Of a stretch of DNA of 64,000 nt, positions 23,691 to 36,973 are shown one piece after another (position 1 is the stretch's first letter; each line of letters starts with the position of its first letter). The notes beneath the pieces are model-generated. The model worked only from the letters and a program-made list of their open reading frames with translations, made no database searches and had not been told where the DNA came from. This DNA is from Camelus dromedarius (lineage: Eukaryota), in the NCBI RefSeq assembly GCF_036321535.1, contig NC_087437.1, positions 23,190,001 through 23,254,000 on the forward strand. Reading direction: 5' to 3'. A program made the translations under genes and the position numbers.

Positions 23691-26149
23691 TGACAAAGAT
23701 TTACCTTGACTAAGATTGCTACCTTGACTAATATTTCTTAACTCAGAGTCTCAGTTTTCTTATCTAAATTAGGAATCTTTTCAATTTACAGATAATTACC
23801 TTGCTCCTGCCACTGGATTGCAAAGTACCTGTGGATACAAGAGAATAAAACTCAGGGACTTAATAGCATCTTACCTGTAATATTTGTGTGAAAACTTAAT
23901 GAGATAATGTATAATTGAAGTATTCCTTATGCTTCTTGGCATACTTTATTCATTAAACAAATGTTAATTTCTTTCCTTTCCCCTTTTTAGTTGGTGGAAG
24001 TGTCTTCTTTCTCTTTTCTATAAAGTCTTAATGGAGTCGCTTTTAATAATTTAATAGGGTTGGCCAGTGGAATAAATTATTTGCTTTCCTTTCATTTTAA
24101 TCCAACTGGTATGTGTTGATGAGATATGATTTATTAGATGAATTCCATACATCATGCTACATTATTTTGAATTAGGTCTGTGTGACAGAAAAGAATAGGA
24201 TAAAACCCCACAGAAATTTCTTGTTCTTATAGAGTGTCATAGCCATGTGTGTGCTTATTCTCCAGTTTGGGGTTGCCTGAAGGACCTGTAATGCCCAAGA
24301 ACCGCTTTTGGCATTTCAGTTATTGCTGACCGTACAGCTGCTCAATAGGGACTGACAGATAATAATCATAGATTGAAAGGCAATATCTAGGAAACATTTA
24401 AGTGAAGAACCTCATAAGTAATAAAAAGGGACTATGTTTTGGCTCATTGTTCCCTAACCCTTGCTGCCACCCTTCCACCCCCTGTCCTTTAAAAGGGACT
24501 GAGGATTAATTCAGGTAGGAGTGCCTTGATCATGGGGCCTAAGTCCCTGAAGACTAGGAACTGCAACAGAAACAGCATATCAGAGACACATGCTGGGGCC
24601 ATAGAGAGAGAAAAACAGAACCCCTGCCAGAGAGATTAGATCCAAATATGCCGGAGATGGGGCACCCTGAGCAGGTGTGCACTGGTATGAAAATACCTGG
24701 TGTTTATGACCAGTGTCTATTCTGGTAGGTTGAGGCTCATACTGCATCAAATGTTAAAAATATTGAATAGTTACTTAAAACTTATGCATTCCTAGGGAGA
24801 GCATAATGCAGAGTGCTAACTATCAAAATGAGAAAGGAATTAGGAGGAAGGAAGCAGGACTGAGTGACAATGGCATTTGAACTAACAGATTAGAATCAGG
24901 GACACCAGAATTGGTAAAAATTAATCTAGAAGCAAATCAAAAAAGAAGACCTCACACGGTGGCTTTGAGTATCAGGTATCATTTGAAACTTGTCTTTCGG
25001 GTCCTATATGGGTACTTACTAGGTGGTTGACGTCACTCAAAGTAGGGGGACAAAGTACTAGTAATATAGCTGTAGCTAACTTATACTTAATTGTGAATGT
25101 TTGTGGCATTTAGAGAATTATTTCCTAGGTCATTTCCACCATTTACAAAAATATTTCAAACTGATCCTATTAACTTGAAATGAAAATAATTCTACAATTT
25201 GCATTAATGCTTTAGGAAAGGTTGTATTACAATACAGAGGTTTCTCTTATTTGGAGCAGTGATTGGACTGCATTCCCTAAATTGCATAAGCATCCTGATC
25301 TTGTACTGAATTTCTAGAATACATTTAGCTCATTTCATCATTTTTTATTTTTTGATCTGATATCCTGACGCCTCCCAGGTAAGATAAATGGGTTTGTGTG
25401 GAGTTAGATGATGATGATGGTTTCAAATTTCAATCATTTTGAAAAGTTCTGGACTTCTGTTTTACAAATGAATGCTAGCATTTTAAAATGCACTTAACTG
25501 CAAAAATATTTTTAAGTTGAATTATCTGGAGCAATTCCAATTATGCTGTATGCATTGCTGAATGACTTTCTTCTGAGAGACTAGAAACTGTATAAGAAAT
25601 TAAAGAAGTGGGGGGAAAGGAGAAGAAAGATTAGGAACCAAAACAGAAGAAGCAGCTTTTACTACTGCAGATAACTTCTAAAATGTGTAAAATATGCCAC
25701 CTCTCAGTGCAATCCATTTACCTGATACTTACAAAAATTAATATAGTGATATGCTTTTAATTGACATATTCCCTTTGCAAAAGTCAATTGCTACAGTTAA
25801 GGAAGCTCCAAATGCATTTGAAAGTAGTGACAGTAGTCTGTGGTAGCCACTCTTAGATTTATAGGACGGGTTGTCTAAACTATTCCATGGTTTTGTGCCT
25901 CCGAGTTCTCTCAGTATTATTTTAGTCTCATTTACGTTTTAGAGACCTGTTACTCATAATATTTAGTAATTGTGCATAATTGATGAGAAATATGTACAGG
26001 TAGTCAGTCAGGCTGGAGGTATAAAAACCTCCCTTCCAAACGCCACCGTGGCCTCTATTGCACCTTGGCATTTGTTTTGCCTTGGGCCTCTTCCAGCAGT
26101 TAATACCACTGTACAAGTTAGCATTTTATAAGTTTTATTTTAAATATAG

Positions 26150-28020
26150 ATGATCTCGAATTATGGGTGAACTACAAAAGGATATCCCTCCCCTACCCAC
26201 CGACCCCCAGCACAGGCCGTGAACGCCAAGGGTACTGAGTCTGCACGGGGGTTCACACGCCATGTGATGTCTCCGCAGATCCAGGGACACGGTGGAGGCG
26301 GCTGGCATCGCTGAGTGGGCGGGCTGAGTGTACCATCGCACTCAGAGCACGTGTGGGTCTTTTGTCCCACTCTTGGTGTGTTCTATATTTTCTCCAATTT
26401 TTAAAATAAATTTCTTCTATTTTGTGTTTTAGAAAAAAAGATATGATGGCAAATCCCCTCAAAAGTGAAGAAAAATCTTACTTCAGAAAGGAAGGCTGGA
26501 ATAAAGGTGAGAGAACTAACCTCTAAGTTCAAGTTTTCTCACTGGGGTGTAAGTATAATTGTTTAGAACAGGGGAAAATATTTGAAGAAAATGCTCGGTC
26601 AATTCAATCGATGGGGTCATGAAAATGCATTGGCTGAGCGACGAGGTGGAAACATCTGTGACTGGATGCCTGGTCAGAAAATACTTATGCCCCAGAAGTT
26701 TAAAGTCTAAACCACGCGATGAATGTTAGCATAGGTGCTTGAATCAATAAAGGAATGATGTGATTACTTCCAGAAGAGAAATTGTTGGCCTCGCAGCAGT
26801 ATTTCAAGAAAAACTTGAAGCAAGGCTATAGAGGTAGCCAAGACTTTTTCAGAAAATTTCGTTTAGGTCATTGAAAGGGAAGGCAAGTATTTGCAATTTA
26901 TATTTCAAGCTGATGAAGCAGGGCTTTGGGGAAAGCCAGTTCCCTGCAAAATTACATTCTCACGGAAGGAAAAGTGTACTGCTGGTTACAGAGGGATGTG
27001 CAGACCTTCTTTATAGGAGCTGAGTGATGAGCGGGAAGGGCATGGAATCAAGAGAAGAGGGTCACCTTGAAGAGATGTCATTTTTATTCACTAATGTATC
27101 CCAAGTGCCTGGAACAGTACCCAACATGTAGCAGGTTCTCAGTATGTACTTGTTAAATAACGTATGAAGAAGCCTCAGCTAGTCTAGTTCATACTAAAAA
27201 AAAATGTAACATAGCTTTTCTAGTGTGTCAGGTGAATATATAGCATGTCTATAAAACAAACATTTGTTTCTATTTTTGTTCCATTGGCTGAGTTTGGAAT
27301 GGCATTTCAGAAACCTAAGTTCACAACATGGCGTTAATGGGAAGAAAATGGGTCAACTCGTAATGGCTGGACACACAGCTCTCCTTAGAAACCAGTTACA
27401 TTTGTCTGGTCATTCAGCTTGCTCTTTTCTTTTTCCCCTCTCCTTTTTCCCAGGACTTTCCAAATAACTGTTTTTTTATTTTACTATTGTTTTCTATTTT
27501 TCTTCTCGGGTTTCTTTCCCTTTATGTACCTCAATTTGTTAGCTGAGACATACTGAACACACCTTATCCCCAATTCCACCAAAAAAAAAAAAAAGCTACC
27601 CAAAATACAATGCCCCAATGATATTTAGAATGCAGTAATAGTCTTGGAGGTGGACTAGAATATCCTAATATGTGAAGCAATGTTATACATAATAAAACCC
27701 AGTGCCACCATCTCCAACACCTTTGAAAGTCACTGGATGGCACTTCAGACTCTCCAGGGATGTCCTATTTTATCTCCTCCTCTTTTTGTTAAACTTCTCT
27801 GCTCACAGTGGAATTGAAGGTACATTTTAAAAATTACTATTAAACATTTGTATTTTGGTTTCATTTAGTTTTATTATTGCGAATGTATGTGAATCTATTT
27901 TAAAATTGGAAAGCTGCAATAATTCAGCTACTTGCTTAAACACATTTTGTGTGATTGCCAAGAAACCTAACCATTTGTAGCATTGTTTCTAAGGGATAAA
28001 TGGACTTTTGGATCATCTCT
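26150..28020 (+). mobile_element. Decayed Tigger/pogo-family DNA transposon with transposase remnants; boundaries approximate
   Basis: About 26867-26995 translates VIEREGKYLQFIFQADEAGLWGKPVPCKITFSRKEKCTAGYR, resembling Tigger IIEEGGY..EQVFNADETGLFWK.MP.RT.IS.EEK.APGFK; stops and frameshifts upstream. Confidence 0.7.
27075..27165 (+). mobile_element. L2 3' end nested in the Tigger remnant
   Basis: 'ttattcactaatgtatcccaagtgcctggaacagtacccaacatgtagcaggttctcagtatgtacttgttaaataa'. Confidence 0.7.
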
Positions 28021-29299
28021 TGCTTATAAATAAGAGGCTGCCAATACACTTAATAAGAATGGGTTTGTACCAGGTGTTGCATAGGAAGCATTAGATAGAA
28101 AATTATAGACCAAATGATTTTTGCTGTGCTGAATTTCACAGGTAGAGAGATCTTGATTTGCTTCCTAAATCTGTCACTGTTATTCTCAGTTGATTTTAAT
28201 TATAAAAAAAAAAGTTTTGGCCCATTTTCTTGATTCCTAAAACTCGAGAACTTTGGAAATAACAGAGCTTGTAACTTTCTTTTCCCCAGATTTATAGTTG
28301 TAGGCTACTGAAGGCTCTTTAAGCTTGGCACACATGTTACGTGTTACCTTTCATTCCAAAGCAATATATATCCTTACTTGCTGAACTAAAACTGTGATTT
28401 TTATCTTCTTTGAAGGAAAAAATACATTTTAAATAAAGAAAAAAAATAACCAAATTTCAGATTTTCATCAGAAAATCACCAATATTAGCTTGGATTTGAT
28501 GGTTCGATAAAAGAGAATATATATCTGAATTGCTTTACTTAAATTAACTTTTGTCCTTAAAATTTTTTCGTAAGCTTTAAACTGCCCAACTTTTGTGAAC
28601 AAAGCAGAAGAGGACCTGGGCTTGAGAATGGAATAAATGTGTGAATATTGGATGCAAATTACCAGTCACTGTCCAGTGCTTGGAATTTTTATGTTTGCCG
28701 CTTTTCCGTTCACACAGATAATCAAGCCACTTCCAAGGCATAAAAATGACATAATTATTTTTAAATGATTAAGTTTAAAAATTTAATATGGTAACACGCA
28801 AAGCATGTCTTTCTTTTTGTCTCACTGAAACATAACAGGTCTGCCTTCTCTTCTTTTTCCTTCACCCATTTTCTTGAACAGAAGCAGAAAGAATAAAAGA
28901 TCCTGGGTTTTGTGTGTTCTGTGTATTTATGTGCTAAGCAGTAGTCGACCGTGCAAACCATAGCAGGAACTTCCTTTTGGAAGGTCTTTCATCTCTGAAA
29001 GCAGCTTACTGTAGCCATCACGGTTAATTTTATTATTGGCACTCAGGCCTAAACCTCGTGAAACTGCAGCTGCAGAGCACCTTTGCACGTAATGACTATC
29101 CTGGGAATTCACAGTTCTGGGGTAAGTACTGCCTTCTCCCCTTTGATGACTCAGGGTGGTTTGATTTTTAAAGCACTGATAACACTGATGGTCAATGGAC
29201 AGTTCACCATTTTATTTGTTTCTTTACTTCCCTGAAGTAGATCAAAGGGGATTTTACTGGCTTAGCAGTGATTCATGCTAATGACACCTGGGAAGCTGA

Positions 29300-29500
29300 C
29301 CTGACCATAAGGTCACAGTGGTCAGGAACATGACAGGGTTGTCAAAAGCACACATGTTTTGAACTGCGTTCATAGAACAAGCACAACAGTCACTGTACCC
29401 TGGGCTGATCAGATCATTGGAGCCCTGGGTCAGATGGCAGGGCTCTATGTAAGGAAGGCACTGGCAAACTGCAGTGTCTTCAGAGGATGCTGAGGTACGA
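29300..29500 (+). mobile_element. CR1/L3 ORF2 remnant
   Basis: 'ctgtaccctgggctgatcagatcattggagccctgggtcag...ggcaaactgcagtgtcttcagagga' resembles the CR1 LYSALVRPHLEYCVQ...KLExVQRR region. Confidence 0.55.
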
Positions 29501-31819
29501 GAAGCATTTCTTTAGGAAGTTAATTTACAGTCCATAATGTGAAAGCTCTGAGAAATGGTGAGAGAAATTGTCTGTGCTCTTTCAAAACCATGCTTTGTCT
29601 GGTGAGTAATTTGGTTTTTGTGTTAGAGGCTGAATGTACCACTTCATACACTGATTCCTAAGAAGGCTGTAAGAATTGATATGCCCGATATTGTGACTTT
29701 CTTTATACCTAGAGGAGAAAAAAAAAAAAAAAAAAACTTCACCCACCAAGTATTATCCTCAAGCAACATTTTGACACTGTCATAGCAAACATTCTCAAGT
29801 CCTGGAGGAACAGAAAGACTTTTTTCCCCCAAAGTATTAACCTTTACAAAATGAAAAGGCATTTGGATTTAATGACATGGAACTCTGCTATACACAAATC
29901 TCCATGAATGCCTAATGTCTAAGAGTTCAGTTCAGACTTGAGTGGTTAGGAGTGCTTGTATTGACCAAGAGAGAAAACTTTGACATTTTTCTGCTTTACA
30001 ATTTACTGTTTATTTCATTTCTTGTCATTTTTTTTCTTTTCCATTGTTTTCCATGATATATGCCAATTTTAAACCCTAAGGAATGGAGGAAGGTTAGAGA
30101 TTTTAGATAATTGTGCTTTTTCTTTTCTTCAAGTTTTCTTATACCAAATCTTTGTCTTTGCTCATTTTTATCTAGATAAAACTTCACCTGTTATAGTGAT
30201 ATAGGGTGACTTGGTATATAGTATTCAGCATAGTTTCAATCATCTAAAAAGCATATTTTTCTTGAACATATTACAGAATTTCATTCAGTATTTCAGAAAT
30301 CTAATGGCTTCATTGGATAGTATGAAACTTGATGCTCTATTTCCTACTAATATGTAGGATCTTATTTCTAATAAGAACTTAGGAAAATAAGAAAACAAAC
30401 CTGGGAAAGTATATGGTACTCTTAGATATATTCTAATTAATTGGTGTTTTCAGGTTGCAGATTGAATGTCATCTTTCTGTAAGTATGCCTTTAGTTAGTG
30501 GGAAAACTATTTAGTGTATTAATAAATTAGCTTCTGAAAGATGAGGTTGGCAAATATTTCAGTTTATTCAAAATATTTAGTGAAGCATCAAATTAACACT
30601 GGCCTGGTTTATAAAAAGGAAGCACCAGCAGGTGCAGAGTGAAATCATTTTGCCTAATAATGTTACTGAATGATATTTCTCTTGATTAAAGTTTATCATT
30701 TTATATTTGACAGTTTGAAACAAGTGGGCATGGATTTTTGCATTTCTTATTAACCCAATCCTGATGAAATGGATTGCCTTGTACTAGAATCTAACCTACC
30801 TGAAAAAAATACATATGTAGTTGTGCATTATTGCGAGGAAGGCCATAGTAGCCAAAGAGAATGCTTATTCTCCCTCAATTTTCACAACTAAATAAGAAAA
30901 AAATAGTAATATATGCCATAGCGAATCACCAAGCAGAAAACATGTACCGTGATATGGGGGAATATACCTAACTCAATAAACTAATATAAAGAACAGCAAT
31001 GACTTATGAATTTTATTAGGCATTCGTTATAAATATTTATATCTGAATAACAAAAATGAAACTTATCTCTGGGAATCCAAATATAACATTTATTTACTGG
31101 TGTTAGAACACTGAAACAAATCTCAGTTAGAGAAATTAAAAAAGAAATATACTCACTCGTGTCTGTACATCCACAGCAATCAATAACAGGTTACTAATTT
31201 GTGTTTGCTGTGGTTTTAGGATCATATCGAGGTAATAGATTCACAAGCAGTGTGCTTCAGGGGGGTGGGGGAGGGGCTCTTTAGAGTGATTCTCATGATG
31301 GCTCTACCCTGGTGAAGTCCGTGTAGTTCAGGATCAGATCACTAGAGCATCTCCTGATGCTGGTTAATCAGTAATTGACTCCAGATTTATGTTAACAAAC
31401 TCACAAGAAAACTGATCAGTGTACCAGGTTGCCTAGTAGTTAAATTAAAATGAGGCATACGATTGTCACAGAGACCAGAGGAATGAGTGTTGTCATAGGA
31501 AAGCCACATGGGAAACCAAATTAAAATTAGAATATTGCTTGGTAAGCAATGAGTCAGAGCAAGAAGAGCTTGTTGCATGATTAAAAGTGCCAGCGTATCA
31601 TAACCCAATGCATCTGCTGCCATCATTAGGACTTGGCTGCCGTGGGAGCTTTATAGTTGAGTTTGATGTATCAATACCACTAACACTCTGCATGGTAGCC
31701 AGCTTGTGAACTGGGAGCCACTCTGCTTCCTAAAATGGTTTTTGCTACAATTTTATTACACCTCTTATGAGCTTATTTTATAAGATTAACTCTTAAAATC
31801 TTGGAGGGTCTGCCTCTCC

Positions 31820-32250
31820 TTAGCAGCACAACATAGTGAAAAGAACACAAATACTGGAGTCAGACCATTCTGTGTTTGAATCCTAGTTCTGCAGCTTGCT
31901 ATCTCAATTGTTAACCTTTGCCAAAACCAAGTTTTCAGATTTGTAATGTGTGAGTGATAGTTATCTGTCTTCCAAGGATTATGTATCATCAGCGTCAGCT
32001 CAATCAACAGTGGCAAGCATTGCATGGGGCTTAAGTACACTGGGTTTAGAATCAAATGGACCTGCCTTCTGTCCCAGATCTACCATTACTTTCTTCTCTT
32101 AGCCTCATTTATTCATTTCTAAAATGTGGGAATCAAACTGCTGCCCCATGGAGTAGTGCTAGGATTAAATGAAATAAAAATAAAACATTTATTACAGTTT
32201 CTCTCAGTTAATGCATGCTCAATAAATGGTAGCTATCAATATAAAGTAAT
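31820..32250 (+). mobile_element. Two tandem MIR SINEs
   Basis: 'ctggagtcagacc...tttgaatcctagttctgc' and 'agcctcatttattcatttctaaaatg...aggattaaatgaaat...ctcaataaatggtagctat'. Confidence 0.7.
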
Positions 32251-33244
32251 AACACTGTTACTATTCCTTTCATTGCTGAGAATAGCAACGCTATAGTGAA
32301 TATATCTTGAGCCACAGTCAATTAGAAAATAATACTCAGTTTCTCATGATCCAAAGGAATCATCTTTGGTTTGGTTTGAAGAGTTTTCACTGTTCTTGTC
32401 AGTCATTCAATGCCGATAAGTTTAGGGTTGACTGGAAGTGGTTACCCTTGAAATTTATGGGGTCTTGTGAAGAGACTCAATCATCTCTCTTTGTCAAGCA
32501 CAGCATCAGAACTGCCCTTGATTAATTGGAGCCTCCAGGGGGCCTAAGTCCTCACTGCCTGTAGCCTTCAGAATTGTCATTCTCACAACCACCACACTCA
32601 CTTTGGATAAGGGAAGTGTCTACCTTATTTTCAGGTATGTTATTGTTTCTGGGATTGTTTAGAAAATGCTGATTTTCCCCCAGCAAGAATCTGACTGCAT
32701 CTTCTTTGAAATAACCTGAAAACATTTCAAAGGAAAAATATTAGAAATTATATGTAGAGGAAAAGCTTTCAGCGAAGAGCAGGTCATGGTAGCCACTCTT
32801 TTAATAAAGCAAGAGATGAAATATTGATGGAAAGTTTGATGAGTTAGAACTTGTCTAAGTGACATGACCAAATTGATATAATTTGAAGATATGATGAACT
32901 ATATACTGTATTGCCTAATCGTAACAAAAGTGAGACTTTTGCTGCAGGCAACTGTGAAAAACTAGAAAAATTAGAAAAATGTTGAAAGAATGAAGTATTT
33001 TCTAGCTCTGTCATGACACTAGAGGGTATATAAATGTATATTGTGGTTAAGTAGCGGATACCACAGAAGAGCAATAGAAAGTAACTATCAAGTGGCCACT
33101 GTGAAATTTGCCTAGAAAATAATTTTTCCAGGTGATTTCCAAGGTATAAGCTAGATTCCAACCTAGCATTAACGGATAAGTGTGTCTAAGAAGTCTTGCA
33201 GTTAGTAAAAACACTTGTGCATGAACTTCAAAAGTCTCATACAC

Positions 33245-33910
33245 AACATGTCAGGCTAAAAGCCAGATTCTCCACTCCCCACCACAAACTTGCTTTTCCA
33301 TAGTTTTCCCATCTCCGTGGCTCAAGCCATAAACCTTGGATTTATCTACGGCTCCTTTCATTGTCTCACATCTCAGTCAGGAATCTCTTTTAGCTCTCCC
33401 TTCAGACTATATCCAGGACCCAACCACTTCTTGCTCTCTCCTCTGCTCCTGCACTGATGTGAGCCACCGTCACCTCCCACCTGGGTTATTGCCAGAGCCC
33501 CAGAGTCTCTCTGCTTCTGTCTTTGCCTCCTACAGTTCCTACTCCACACAGTAGTGAGTCTTCACACTTGTTGGGGGGAGGGTATAGCTCAGTGATAGAG
33601 CACATGCTTAGCATGCATGAGGCCCCAGGTTCAATTCCCAGTACCTCCACTAAAAATAAATAAGTAAATAAACCTAATTACCTCCCCCGTAAAAAAAATT
33701 GAAAGTAAACTCTGTGTCAGATCGTGTCACTCTTCCATGAAGAACACCATGACGGCTCCTCATTGCATTCAAGCAAAAACCAAAGTAGTCTTGAAAACTA
33801 GAAGTACCTCTGTGATTCGATTTTCTGTTACTTCTCTGCTTCACATCCTATTCCGTTTTTCTTGTTTACTCCAACCCAGAGAGACTGAGTGCCTTCCTGT
33901 TCTCCAATCT
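33245..33910 (+). mobile_element. L2 fragment interrupted by a Vic-1 SINE
   Basis: 'cttgcttttccatagttttcccatctc...ggctcaagccataaaccttgga...tcagatcgtgtcactct'. Confidence 0.7.
33573..33698 (+). mobile_element. Vic-1-type SINE
   Basis: GGGGGGAGGGTATAGCTCAGTGATAGAG...GGTTCAATTCCCAGTACCTCC...AAATAAACCTAATTACCTCCCCC plus A tail; no clear TSD. Confidence 0.95.
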
Positions 33911-34559
33911 CCAGTCTGACTGTTGTAGAATATTGCCACCCAAGAACAGCCTGCAGGAGCTAGATTTATAGCTATAGAATGCAAAGAGCCAGGATTCTGG
34001 AAAATGAAAAGAAAGACATACAAACCATGAATATTAATAGTCTGTTTGAATTTATATTAATGACAGAATTCTAGCCTGCTTTATGGAGAGTTTAGCTGGG
34101 ATATTTGAAAGAGCTGTAATTTTAGAATATTTAAAAGGAAATATGTTTAAAACAAAGAAATATGCTTATAAAAACATTTTGATAAATATTTCTGCTGGAG
34201 TGAAATATAACTATTATTAGAAATATTTAGAAAATGGATAGATTCATAAAACCTCAAAGATGAATATCTAACTTTGTGAATGTGACACTATGTAGACTAT
34301 TCGCTCTAGTCTCCAAATTGTTCATTAGAACCATATTCTTGATAGATGGACCATTATGTAAATTCAGTTTTATACTTTCTATGAGCTCAGGTGTTACTTT
34401 CATATAATTTAAATATAATAATGAACATACATGTAAAGATGTTTTTGTAATTTGATGTGATTTTTCTTTCATTTTTAACAAAGATGAAATCAGCTAAACT
34501 ATACTAGTTATTTTATATGCATAATGCTCATTGTATATACCTAACAGGATATACCATTA

Positions 34560-35215
34560 GGAAGAGAGTAATGGTTACCTGAAATCCCAACCAACAGAAC
34601 ATTTTGGTGACTTTTCTGTCAAATTTATGTGCAAACTTGCAGACATCTACCTGCTGATACATACACATATACCTGGAAATTTACACATACATGATCATCT
34701 CACAAATAACTGCTTTTATCATCTCACTTTTGCTTATTTTATTTTATTTATGTAGTAAATCCTTCCTTTTCTTATTCAAAATTCTCCTCATGCCACCTAA
34801 ACAATATGAATAATCTAGTATATATTCTTCCATACTCCTCTGTATATTTATTTAAACATTTAATCACAAAACACACAGTCATATGCAGACATTTTTGTCA
34901 TTATAAAAAATAAAGTTGTGCTACTTCTTTCTTTAGCTTTTGAAAGTTAACACATGCATATTTAAAATCTTTCCAAGTGAGCCAGTGGAGCCTCATTTTT
35001 TTATTTTTAAAATTCTGAATAACATTTTATAGTATAAATATAATATAATTTTTCACCAAAGCCTCTATTATTCTGTATAGTTTTTGCTCCCAGCTTCTTC
35101 CCTGCCTCCATAAACAATTCCACAATAAACATTCTAATACATATTCTGTTCTTCATGTTTTGTTGCTTTTATTTCTATAAGAGAGATTCACAAAATTGTG
35201 ATTGCTGGCTTTGGG
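34560..35215 (-). mobile_element. Ancient L1ME/HAL1-like fragment
   Basis: 'taaacaattccacaataaacattcta...tttatttctataagagagattcacaaaattgtgattgctgg'. Confidence 0.5.
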
Positions 35216-35239
35216 CTTATCCTCTAGATTGTGGTAGCA

Positions 35240-36880
35240 CGTAGACCGCTGAGAGAAAAAAAATTGCAACGTAAATCTTCTATATCCTTCCAAGATATTT
35301 TTTATCCATCACAGTGAAAAGAAAGATATTTGAAGCTATGCAAGAGTTCTGAAAATAGATCACCAAGCACCACCTGTATGTACAGTACTAGAGAAAAGAC
35401 TGTACAAGACAAATGAATCAAGACATGGACCTCTGATAGCAGAAGATGAAGTGGAAAGGAAACGGTGGTGAGCAATGAATCTTGCAATCTGTATAGTTAA
35501 TTCTAAGTCGAAAATGATAAAGTGACCGTGCATGTGGAAGTTGAGATAAATAAAGCTTGAAACAGAAGAGAGATACTGCAAGGGGAAAAACTGAAACTGA
35601 AGTCCTCAGTTATCAGCAAAAGCTGGGACAGGAAGGAGGGTGGGGAACATGCATTCTAGGGATTTCATCTTATTGGCAGTAGTCTGAGTGGCAAGGAAAT
35701 AGCCTTCCGATGGTGGAAATACATGAATTTGGGGAAAAGAAAGATAACTACACACGAAGAACATCCAAATGAACAAGGGGTAAAACATTATAAGTATCTA
35801 CAAAGAAAAGGAAAAAAATGAAATAATAAAGTAAAATGAATTGCATAAATTAAATAGGATGAAGATGGTAAAATCAAATATTTCAATGCTTACACTAAAT
35901 GTGAACATGCTGAATGATTTGTTTAGAAGACAGGAACAATAAGGTTAGGGTAAAACCTCATAGCTACTTGCAATTTATAGGAAGCATTCTTCAAATGACA
36001 TGTTGAAAGAGATTGAAAATGAAGATCTGGTCAAAGAGAGACCAGGCCAAGGCACAAAAAGGAAGTAGCAATATTATTACCACAAAAGATGGAACTTTAG
36101 GTTAGTGGCAACGACAATACTGAGGAGTAGAATTTAATGAAATGTCCAAATTAAAAGAAAATATTACAATAAAAAAATTTCTGTTCATGAAACTACATAG
36201 CAGCTCAATTGAGTCAAAGCAAAAACTGTTAGTAATGCAAGACTTAAAAAATTAAATTAAATTAATTATATATCTTTCAGGATTAGGCTGATGTCAAAAG
36301 CAAAAAATAGATTAAAACATACAGCAACTAAATAATATATTCAACACATTTAATTATAAATATATACATATGTAATATTATATAAGTTAAAATGCAAACA
36401 TGTTTATATACTCCAAATAAAGGATGTTACATATATCTAATATGTAATCTAATTTATCTATCTATATATAACCACAATTAAGAGATAAAATGCATTATTA
36501 AAAATTGACCCTTTTTAAAACAAAAACAGAGGAAACCTTACATAATTTAAACTTAACAAAGACATAAATAATATTCAGTCATAGAGGAAATAAAATTAAA
36601 CTAGCAAGCAATATAAAAAGTAATGTAAATGAGAAGACTTCAAATCGAAATATACAAAACAAAGTTTTTGTTTGCATTTATAGCCTTAAGTGTACACAAA
36701 AAATGAGAAAACCCACAGGAAAATGTGAGAAAATGGACTTCTAACTGATCATAAAAAATGACAAAAAGAACAACAAAAAGTGCAGTAACAGGAAAGAAGG
36801 GATTGATCAAAATAAAAGCTCAAAATAATGAAAAAATAAAGAAACCTCAAAGTTTATCTTTTATAGATACAGCAAAATGT
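35240..36880 (+). mobile_element. Ancient L1M: ORF1 end and ORF2 endonuclease region, degraded
   Basis: About 35880 translates ISMLTLNVNMLN (L1 ISIITLNVNGLN); about 36060 EVAILLPQKMEL (L1 AGVAILISDKIDF); A-rich sense strand. Confidence 0.7.
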
Positions 36881-36973
36881 TTAAAGTTTTTTACTGTAAT
36901 AAATATAAAAATTATTTACCTATGCAGGTCTTTCTGTTGTGCTTAAATAGTATGTGTTTATACAGATATACAT

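Noticed and set aside
31290..31362. C/D-box snoRNA (ATGATGG...CTGA)
   Set aside because: Box C mismatched, no terminal stem, no recognised rRNA guide
32530..32546. CTCF-like CCTCCAGGGGGCC
   Set aside because: Partial match only; weak matches are common
33573..33650. tRNA gene
   Set aside because: The tRNA-like head belongs to a SINE with its AT-rich tail; same for the other three copies
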